A stretch of DNA of 55,852 nt, the filler included, from Sandaracinaceae bacterium (GTDB lineage Bacteria; Myxococcota_A; Polyangia; Polyangiales; JADJQN01), in assembly GCA_947483975.1 (NCBI GenBank). It is 2 parts of 2 records of this genome, joined end to end, with 100 filler letters (N's around TTAATTAATTAA, not from the genome) between each part and the next. Parts side by side here need not be neighbours in the genome. Positions count along the whole stretch, not along the records: positions 28,043 to 55,852 come from CANKOL010000024.1; 1 more part is not named here. One strand, 5' to 3'. Every line of letters starts with the position of its first letter. The stretch's first letter is position 1. Below the pieces are notes generated by a model. That model was not told where the DNA came from and searched no databases. It saw nothing but the letters and a program-made list of their open reading frames with translations. A program made the position numbers and the translations under genes. Positions 32,117-39,118 of this stretch are shown one piece after another.

Positions 32117-33121
32117 ATGGCTTGGAAGTTCTGGATGCTCTCCGCTGCGGTGTTCTGTTCGGCCCTCGCGGCCTGTGGCGACGACGACGTCACCCCCGCC
32201 CCGACGGATCTGGGCACGGCGCCCGATCTCTACGTTCCGCCGACCGACCTCGGCCAGCCGACGGATGGCGGCATCACGGACGCCGGTCACCCCACGGGTG
32301 ACTGCGACCCGTACGCCGCCGGAAGCTGCCCCGCCGATCAGAAGTGCGCGGTCGTCATCCGCAACAGCGGTCTGCCGAACGTCACGATCACCTTCGAGTG
32401 CGTGCCCAACGCGGGTCGTCGCCTCGAGGGTCAGGTCTGCAACTTCGAGAACCTCCCGGGCGGCACGCGCGTCGACGGCGGCATCGTCGACTACTACGAC
32501 CTCTGTGAGCAGGGCACGTTCTGCTGGGACACGCAGGACATCCCCGGCTACCCGCCGCAGCCCCGCACCTGCCAGAAGATCTGCGGCGCGGACGGCGTCT
32601 ACTGCCAGGACACCGAGTACTGCCAGCTGCTGAATTCGGACGATCCGGCGACGGCCGTCGTCGAGCCGACGTTCGGGACCTGCACGCCTTCTCAAGGCTG
32701 CGATCCGGTGTTCCAGACCGGCTGCTCGAACGCCGCCGACGCCTGCTACCTCGTGTACAGCACCCGCTCCGAGATGCTCGGCGCGTGCCTCGAGACCAAC
32801 CGCGACGCGGACGCCGGGACGCCCTTCGCGCCCGGCACGGCGTGCGACTACGCGACGCAGTGCGCGCCCGGCGCGGGCTGCCTGCCGACCGTCGTCGACG
32901 GCGGCTTCGGCGACGGCACGCGCGCCTGCCGCGAGTACTGCTCGGTCAGCGGCGTGATCGTCGACGCGGGCACGCCGCCCGCCGACGGTGGCTCGGCTGA
33001 CGCGGGCGTCGTGCGCTCCGGCCACTGTGCCGGCGCGCTCGGCTGCGCGGCGTTCCCGATCGGCGATCCCGACGCCGGCATGCCCATCCGCGTGCCGACG
33101 GTTCCTGGCATCTGCCAGTGA
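32117..33121 (+). CDS. Cys-rich secreted lipoprotein
   Basis: RBS GGAGGA, ATG 32117, lipobox ALAACGDDD, repeated CDP...C...C modules. Confidence 0.8.
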   Translation: MAWKFWMLSAAVFCSALAACGDDDVTPAPTDLGTAPDLYVPPTDLGQPTDGGITDAGHPTGDCDPYAAGSCPADQKCAVVIRNSGLPNVTITFECVPNAGRRLEGQVCNFENLPGGTRVDGGIVDYYDLCEQGTFCWDTQDIPGYPPQPRTCQKICGADGVYCQDTEYCQLLNSDDPATAVVEPTFGTCTPSQGCDPVFQTGCSNAADACYLVYSTRSEMLGACLETNRDADAGTPFAPGTACDYATQCAPGAGCLPTVVDGGFGDGTRACREYCSVSGVIVDAGTPPADGGSADAGVVRSGHCAGALGCAAFPIGDPDAGMPIRVPTVPGICQ

Positions 33122-33198
33122 GCTGAGCTGGGGCGCCCCTTTCGGGGCGTTCCTCTGCGGCTGAGTCGGCGGCGGCTGACTGCCTTCATCGAACGACG

Positions 33199-33232
33199 AA
33201 CGCCCGGTCCTCGCGGATCGGGCGTTTTCGTT
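33199..33232 (+). terminator. Rho-independent terminator
   Basis: Stem aacgcccggtcc / ggatcgggcgtt followed by ttcgtt; another GC hairpin at 33130-33153. Confidence 0.7.
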
Positions 33233-33303
33233 GGTGCGCGGTGCGCGCGCGGGGAGGTCCCGCGTGCCCTTGACCGCCGCGCTCGCGGGCGCTAACAGTC
33301 GCC

Positions 33304-34725
33304 ATGCTCTTGAAAACGTCTTTCAACAAGCGACGAGCGCTCCAGTCACTGATCGCGGTGACGCTGCTGCTCGTGGAGAGCCCGGCGTACGCCGAGGTGC
33401 TCGCGCCGCCGCCCGCTGCGCCGGGGACTGACACCCCGTCGACCGACGCGCCGCCGAGCGACGTGCCCTCCGATGGGCCGACGATGGAGCTGCCCGATGA
33501 CCCCAGCGCCGAGGAGTCGGAGACACCCGACGCCATCCCGGATCACGAGCTGGTGCGCGGCTTGCGAGACCATCGCTTCGCCGAGGCGTCGGAGAGCGGG
33601 AGCGTGCTCGGAGGCTACGGCGAGCTGCACTTCAACTTGGAGCTGCCAGAGGGCGGCGACTCCCACTCGACCATCGATCTGCACCGCCTCGTGTTCTTCG
33701 CGGCGCACAAATTCTCGGACGCCTTTCGCCTCTACGCGGAGGTCGAGATCGAGCACGCGTTCTCGTCGCTCGAGGACCTCGCGCCCGGCGAGATCGAGGT
33801 CGAGCAGGCGTTCATCGACTGGAAGCCGTGGGGCAAGGCGCTGCAGCTGCGGGCCGGCATCGTCCTCGTGCCGATGGGCATCGTCAATCAGTGGCACGAG
33901 CCGCCGGTGTTCCACGGAGTCGAGCGACCGACCGTCGACGAGCTGATCATTCCGTCGACTTGGCGGGAGGGCGGGATCGGGCTCTTCGGGGACCTCGGCG
34001 AGGCGCTGCGCTACGAGCTCTATCTCGTCGGAGGCCTGAATCCTCAGCGTTTCAGCGCGGAGTCGAGCGTTCGCGAAGGGCGACAATCCGTCGCTGACGC
34101 GACCGCGAATGGGCTCGCGCTGACCGGGCGCGTCGAGTGGGAGCCGACGCTCGGAGTCGTCGTCGGTGGCTCGGCGTATTACGGGCACGCGGGACCGAAC
34201 GCCGACGGGCTCCAGCGCCTCGTCGCGCGCGACCCCTCGACTGGCGCGCTCAGCCTCGCGCCGCTCGAACTCTCCGTGCCTGTGCTCGGCCTCGCGGTCG
34301 ACGGGCGCGTCCGCCGCGGCGGCTTCGAGGCGCGCGCGCTCTTCGCGACGTTCTCCGTCGGCGACACGGCGGCGCTCCGACAGAGCGTGGACCCGAGCAC
34401 CGGCGACGGCCGCGGCCTCGACGTCGGCGCTCGCTCGCTCGGCGCGTACGGTGAGCTCGCGTACGACGTGCTGCGCCTCGCGACGCAGACCGAGCAGCAG
34501 CTGCTGCCGTTCGCGCGGGTCGAGTACTGGGACACCGCGGCGTCGCTCTCGGGGCGCCCGCGCACGCCGAGCGACGACGCGCTTCGCGGCACGAACCTCG
34601 CGTTCGGCGTCACGTATCGGCCGATCCCTCAGGTGGTGCTGAAGGCCGACTTCATCCGTCGCAGCGCAGGCGGCGCGAGGCCGGCGGCGAACCTCGTCGA
34701 CCTCGGCATCGGCTGGATGTTCTGA
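33304..34725 (+). CDS. Outer-membrane beta-barrel porin-like protein
   Basis: Signal peptide, GGYGELHFN, RLYAEVEIEH, VEQAFIDW, HEPPVFHGVERP, IIPSTWREGG, alternating beta-strands and terminal LGIGWMF. Confidence 0.75.
   Translation: MLLKTSFNKRRALQSLIAVTLLLVESPAYAEVLAPPPAAPGTDTPSTDAPPSDVPSDGPTMELPDDPSAEESETPDAIPDHELVRGLRDHRFAEASESGSVLGGYGELHFNLELPEGGDSHSTIDLHRLVFFAAHKFSDAFRLYAEVEIEHAFSSLEDLAPGEIEVEQAFIDWKPWGKALQLRAGIVLVPMGIVNQWHEPPVFHGVERPTVDELIIPSTWREGGIGLFGDLGEALRYELYLVGGLNPQRFSAESSVREGRQSVADATANGLALTGRVEWEPTLGVVVGGSAYYGHAGPNADGLQRLVARDPSTGALSLAPLELSVPVLGLAVDGRVRRGGFEARALFATFSVGDTAALRQSVDPSTGDGRGLDVGARSLGAYGELAYDVLRLATQTEQQLLPFARVEYWDTAASLSGRPRTPSDDALRGTNLAFGVTYRPIPQVVLKADFIRRSAGGARPAANLVDLGIGWMF
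33310..33326. promoter_or_regulatory. Fur-like box
   Basis: AT-rich palindrome TTGAAA-ACGTC-TTTCAA resembling the deltaproteobacterial Fur consensus TGAAAATNATTTTCA. Confidence 0.6.
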
Positions 34726-34757
34726 CGCAGCGACGAGCGCAGCCCGGGAGAACACTA

Positions 34758-34774
34758 ATGAAAAGCCTATGCAA
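34758..34774. promoter_or_regulatory. Second, weaker Fur-like box
   Basis: ATGAAAAGCCTATGCAA has the same spacing as the 33310 box and sits in an AT-rich patch at the gene start. Confidence 0.4.
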
Positions 34775-35354
34775 TAGCCTCGCGCGCCGCACCGCTCTGT
34801 TGGCCCTGCTCGTCGGGTGCCTCGGGGCGATGGACCTCGAGACGGCCCGCGCGCAGGTGAGCGGCGCGAGCACGCGACGCCTCCTCTCGGAGCAGTTCCA
34901 CTCCTCGACGCGCGTCAGCTTTGCGCGGGTCGGGGGGGCGTCGGCGGAGCGCTCCGCCATCGAACGGCGCCTCGGCGCGCGCCTCGCGAAGCCCGACTAC
35001 AGCGTCTTCGTCGCGACCACGGGCGCGAGGGTGGACGGCTACGCGGTGTTCGACGCGGAGCGCGGACAGCACGAGCTGATCGACTTCGCTGTGTTCTTCG
35101 ACGCCGCGGGCGTCGTCACGCGCGTCGAGGTCCTCGAGTACCGCGAGCCGTATGGCGAAGCGATCCGCGGAGAGCGCTTCCGCCGGCAGTTCGTCGGGCG
35201 TCGCGGCTCGAGCGGCTTTCGCGCCGACCACTCCATCGACGTCGTCAGTGGGGCGACCATCTCGTCGCGCTCCATGTGCGTCGGCGTGCAGCGCGCCGCC
35301 GTGCTCGTCGAGGCGCTCCTCGCGCGCGGCGTCGGCGCTCGAGGCGCCCAGTGA
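34758..35354 (+). CDS. Extracytoplasmic FMN-binding (flavinylated) domain protein
   Basis: Signal-like N-terminus, VEVLEYREPYG, FRRQFVG and the ApbE flavinylation motif IDVVSGATISS. Confidence 0.88.
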   Translation: MKSLCNSLARRTALLALLVGCLGAMDLETARAQVSGASTRRLLSEQFHSSTRVSFARVGGASAERSAIERRLGARLAKPDYSVFVATTGARVDGYAVFDAERGQHELIDFAVFFDAAGVVTRVEVLEYREPYGEAIRGERFRRQFVGRRGSSGFRADHSIDVVSGATISSRSMCVGVQRAAVLVEALLARGVGARGAQ

Positions 35355-35941
35355 GGGACTTCACGCGACCGAGCGGGCGCCTCCGCGCGCTCTCGTTCTC
35401 GGCGCGCCTCGTCTACAGCGTCTTCATCGTGTTCACCGTGGTCGGACTTGGGCTGACGGGCTGGCTCGCGAGCGAGTTGGTCGGCGCTGATGGGTCGAAG
35501 GTCCGCAGCTATTACGCGGGCGAGCGCAACGAGCCGACCGTCGACGTCGCGCCGAGCGCCGGCGGCCCCGCGCTCGAGCTACCCGACGACGAGAGCGCGC
35601 CGCCCGCGGAGCCGATGCCGCGCCGGAAGCTGCTCGAGGTGACGCACTTTCACCTCTTCTCGATGCCCGTGTATCTGCTCATCCTCTGCCACATCTTCAT
35701 GCTCTCCTGCGTGGGAGAGCGCCAGAAGGCCGCGTGGATCGGGCTGGGAAGCCTCGCGACCGCAGCGCACATCGCCGCCCCATGGCTCGCCGCGAGCGGC
35801 GCCTCCGGCTCGACGGCCGTGTACGCGATCTCCGGAGTTGGGCTCGGAGCCTCGTACCTCGTGATGTCCGTGGTGCCGCTCTGGGAGATGTGGCGCCCGC
35901 TCAGCCCGCCCGCGCCTACCACCCCGCCCACTGACCGCTGA
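35351..35941 (+). CDS. Four-TM membrane protein with conserved-looking His residues
   Basis: GTGA overlap with the preceding stop; hydrophobic helices; RKLLEVTHFHLFSMPVYLLILCH and AAHIAAPWL. Confidence 0.75.
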   Translation: MRDFTRPSGRLRALSFSARLVYSVFIVFTVVGLGLTGWLASELVGADGSKVRSYYAGERNEPTVDVAPSAGGPALELPDDESAPPAEPMPRRKLLEVTHFHLFSMPVYLLILCHIFMLSCVGERQKAAWIGLGSLATAAHIAAPWLAASGASGSTAVYAISGVGLGASYLVMSVVPLWEMWRPLSPPAPTTPPTDR

Positions 35942-36014
35942 GCGACGTAGTCCGTCCGAGGAGCGGATACGTCCACGACCGCCCGCCGGGCGTGGTGCTG
36001 TGACAACGTGATGC

Positions 36015-36035
36015 GGTGGAGTCTAGTGGAATCGA
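36015..36035 (-). repeat. Degenerate copy of the tRNA-Ala 3' end (att-like direct repeat)
   Basis: ggtggagtctagtggaatcga vs ggtggagtccaggggaatcga at 54541-54561: 19/21 identical, same orientation. Confidence 0.75.
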
Positions 36036-36508
36036 CCTGCCGGATTTGCAAGCGAATTGCCCAATACATCGAGTTTGATCGAAGGTCAGCTCGGGAGGCC
36101 ACTCGCCGTTCCACCCCCAAATCCCCTGCAAACAGTGACCGTAGTGAAGACTGAAACGCGCGTGCTTTACCTGACCGAGACTTACAAGAAGCTCGCTCTG
36201 GAGCTCCTGCACGTCGCGTTTCTCTGCGACGATCTCGACCTCGTTCTGCTGCTCACCGACCGGCGGGATAGGTTCCAGTAGGCGGCGAAGATCGGTATGT
36301 GGGGAGGGCGGGGCTCGCGCAACTGGGCGTTAGCGCGACGGCTGCGCGGCCGTGAGAAAGCAGGCAGACTCGTCGCCGCGCCCGGCGCCGCTCTGACCAT
36401 GCCCTCACCCATCTCCGAGTCCATTCTCTCGTCCGTGCCGCCGCCCGCGACGACCATGGCGAGCGTCGCCGCCGAGGATGCCAACCGCGGGGGATGCGCG
36501 AGCGAACG

Positions 36509-37972
36509 ATGAAGGTCCCCCTCAATCTCCCGCAGCTCATCGCGAAGGGCGAATCCGCCGAGCTCGAGCTGAAGCGCTCGACGGGTGAGCTGCGTGAGGC
36601 GATGCAGACGCTCTGCGCGTTCGCGAACGGCAAGGGCGGTCGCGTCATCATCGGCGTGAAGCCGAGCGGCGAGCTCGTCGGTCAGCAGGTGAGTGAGCAG
36701 ACGTTCCACGAGATCGCAGCTCAGCGCGAGCGCTTCGAGCCGCCCATCGAGTTCGGGGTCGAGCGCTTGGAGATCGCGCCGGGCCGCAGCGCGCTCGTGC
36801 TCACGGTGGCTGGCGCGCGGGACTCGGTGCCGTTCACCTTCGATGGGCGCGCCTTCGAGCGCGTGGGGAACACGACTCGCAAGATGGCGCAGGAGCGCTA
36901 CGAGACGCTCCTACTCGAGCGCGGCCACAGCCGTCGCCGCTGGGAGAATCAGGCCGCCGACGAGCTCACGCTGAAGGACATCGACCGAGACGAGGTCTTT
37001 CGCATCGTCGGGATCGTCCGGTCGATGGGGCGCCTCTCAGGCCCGGTCGGCAAGAGCCTGCCCGACGTGCTCGATCGCCTCGGGCTGCGCAAGAACGGCG
37101 AGCTCCTGCGGGCCGCGGTCGTGCTCTTCGGCAAGACGTTCCTGCCCGACTACCCGCAGTGCGAGCTGCGCATGGCGCGGTTCCGCGGCCTCGACAAGAC
37201 CGAGTTCCTCGACCAGCGCCAGCTTCGCGGTCCCGCGTTCAAGCTCCTCGAAGAGGCCGAGATCTTCTGCCAGCGCCACTTCCCGCTGCCCGCGAAGATC
37301 GTCCCGAGCCAGATGCGGCGCGTCGAGACGCCGCTCATTCCGCCCGACGCGATGCGCGAGATCCTCGTCAACGCGCTCATCCACCGCGACTACTCGATCG
37401 CCGGCGGCGCCGTGTCGCTCGCGATCTTCGACGACCGTGTCGAGGTGTGGAGCGCGGGCAAGTATCCGAGCGGCATCACGCCCGAGTCGCTGACGCGCGC
37501 GCACCTCTCGGTGCAGCGCAACCCGATCATCGCCGACGTCTTCCACCGGACGGGCTTGGTGGAGAAGTGGGGACGTGGCACCAACCGCGTCGCCGAGATG
37601 TGCAAAGCGGCAGGCATCGCGCCGCCCGAGTTCGAGGAGATCACGGGCGCGGCGGTGGTGACGTTCCGGGTGCCGGTGGCGGGCGCGAAGCTGGGGGCAG
37701 AGTCGAGGGCAGAGTCAGGGGCAGAGTCGAGGGCAGAGTCGCTGGATGTACGAATCCTCGAAGCTCTTCGTGCCGGAGAGCGCCCGAAGTCTGGGCTTGC
37801 GACGACGCTCGGTCTGTCGTCGGTCACCGGGCAGCTGAACCGCGCCGTCGCCGCACTCCTCGAACGTGGCCTCGTCGAGCTGACCATCCCCGAGAAGCCG
37901 AACAGCCGCCTCCAGAAGTACCGCCTGACCGCGGCCGGGCGAGCGGCAGTCGTGCAGGTGAGGGGGCGATGA
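36509..37972 (+). CDS. AlbA_2/Schlafen-domain protein with RecG-C/HATPase_c_4 and wHTH domains
   Basis: GESAELELKRS, LCAFANGKGGRVIIGV, REILVNALIHRDY, IFDDRVEVWSAG, RNPIIADVF, EKWGRG, PEKPNSRLQKYRLT. Start ATG 36509. Confidence 0.88.
   Translation: MKVPLNLPQLIAKGESAELELKRSTGELREAMQTLCAFANGKGGRVIIGVKPSGELVGQQVSEQTFHEIAAQRERFEPPIEFGVERLEIAPGRSALVLTVAGARDSVPFTFDGRAFERVGNTTRKMAQERYETLLLERGHSRRRWENQAADELTLKDIDRDEVFRIVGIVRSMGRLSGPVGKSLPDVLDRLGLRKNGELLRAAVVLFGKTFLPDYPQCELRMARFRGLDKTEFLDQRQLRGPAFKLLEEAEIFCQRHFPLPAKIVPSQMRRVETPLIPPDAMREILVNALIHRDYSIAGGAVSLAIFDDRVEVWSAGKYPSGITPESLTRAHLSVQRNPIIADVFHRTGLVEKWGRGTNRVAEMCKAAGIAPPEFEEITGAAVVTFRVPVAGAKLGAESRAESGAESRAESLDVRILEALRAGERPKSGLATTLGLSSVTGQLNRAVAALLERGLVELTIPEKPNSRLQKYRLTAAGRAAVVQVRGR
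37694..37741 (+). repeat. 12-bp tandem repeat x4 (GAES/RAES linker)
   Basis: (g/a)gggcagagtc(g/a) repeated four times in frame. Confidence 0.9.
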
Positions 37973-38125
37973 CCGTCGACACTCCGAAGACCGCCTCCGG
38001 AATCAGCAGTGCGGCAACCATCCGGAAGCTCCGGATGGTTCGAATCGCTTGGGGGGCCATGACCGACGTCACCCGACGCGAGTCCGAGATCCTCCTGCAC
38101 ACGGCCTCCGATGGCGCCGCCCGTT
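37969..38125 (+). pseudogene. Fragments resembling a RhuM-family protein
   Basis: ATGA-coupled to the upstream gene; ATIRKLRMVR and ESEILLHTASDG resemble RhuM segments, then similarity is lost. Confidence 0.4.
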
Positions 38126-38191
38126 GGCGCGCCCGTGGTATGAACCGAGGAGCGCGGCGGCGCCTCACCGCGCGGAGGAGCTCCGTTTTGC

Positions 38192-38584
38192 ATGCCCGCT
38201 GGAGATGCGCTGCGAGTCTGGTTTCCCGAGGTGCTCGAGGTGCTCGCGGCCGCGTGGTCCCCATCGACTACGTGGGATGAGTTTGTTGACCTGTGTGCTC
38301 GCCTCACCGAGCTTCGCGCGGAGCTCCGACAGTCACGAGGAATCCAGGCACCGCTGAGGCGATGTTCGAAGTGCGGAAGCGCCTCTCGCGCAGACATCAA
38401 GGGCGTGTCGGTCCGATCTGCTCTGTTCGCGCTGCGCAAGGTAGGCACTCTGTCTGAGGCCGACTTCGAACGCCTCGAACGCGACTGGAAGAAGCACAAG
38501 GCCGCGCGCCGCCTCGATGCGCTCGGCAAGACGAGTGACACCCCGCCGGCCACGACGACCGGGGATCCATCCGGGTGCTGCTGA
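38192..38584 (+). CDS. Hypothetical 130-aa protein with CxxC motif
   Basis: MPAGDALRVWFPEVL...RRCSKCG...LERDWKKH; coding-like composition. Confidence 0.7.
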   Translation: MPAGDALRVWFPEVLEVLAAAWSPSTTWDEFVDLCARLTELRAELRQSRGIQAPLRRCSKCGSASRADIKGVSVRSALFALRKVGTLSEADFERLERDWKKHKAARRLDALGKTSDTPPATTTGDPSGCC

Positions 38585-38652
38585 CGCGTGAGCGCCCACG
38601 AGTCGCTCTCGTCGTCTAGCCGCGATTGACGAGAGTTGTGGAACAGGTCGGG

Positions 38653-39084
38653 CTACGTCCTGGCCCGCGGCGCGCTGTCGAGCTCAGTCCCGACGCGCAG
38701 TTGTTCGATGTACGCCTGATACACGAACGCTCTGTCGCGCTTGCGTCCCGTGTTCTCGACGAGGACTCCCGCGCTCACCAGCAACTCGACAGCACGCCCG
38801 GCGGTCGGCTTCGTCGTCTCGACGAGCTTCATCACGGACGCCACCGTGACGACCGGGTGTCGCGGTAGCAGCTCGAACAGGCGTAGCGCCACGATCGACA
38901 TCCCCTCGTGCGCGAGCACTCGCGCTCGGTCTCTCGCGACGAGCGCGCAGAGCTCACGCGCAGAGTCCACTGCCTCGTCGGCGATCGTCGCGACACCGTC
39001 GAGGAAGAAGTCGAGCCAGCCCTCCCAGTCGCCGTCCGTGCGGACGGCGTCGAGGCGGCGGTAGTACTCCGCGCGGTGTCGCTT
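38653..39084 (-). pseudogene. 5'-truncated Fic-family protein (C-terminal helical and HTH part)
   Basis: KRHRAEYYRRLDAVRTDGDWEGWLDFFLDGV...GVLVENTGRKRDRAFVY; the catalytic HPFxDGNGR motif and N-terminus are missing. Confidence 0.8.
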
Positions 39085-39118
39085 GTTGACGACAGGCGCT
39101 TCGGTGCAGTGTGTCCGC

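Noticed and set aside
36315..36338. Integron attC site (AAC...GTTAG)
   Set aside because: Far too short, no matching R''/L boxes upstream, and no intI or other cassettes.
38630..38650. GAGAGTTGTGGAACAGGTC as an IS terminal inverted repeat
   Set aside because: Only a vague resemblance; no partner repeat or transposase found.
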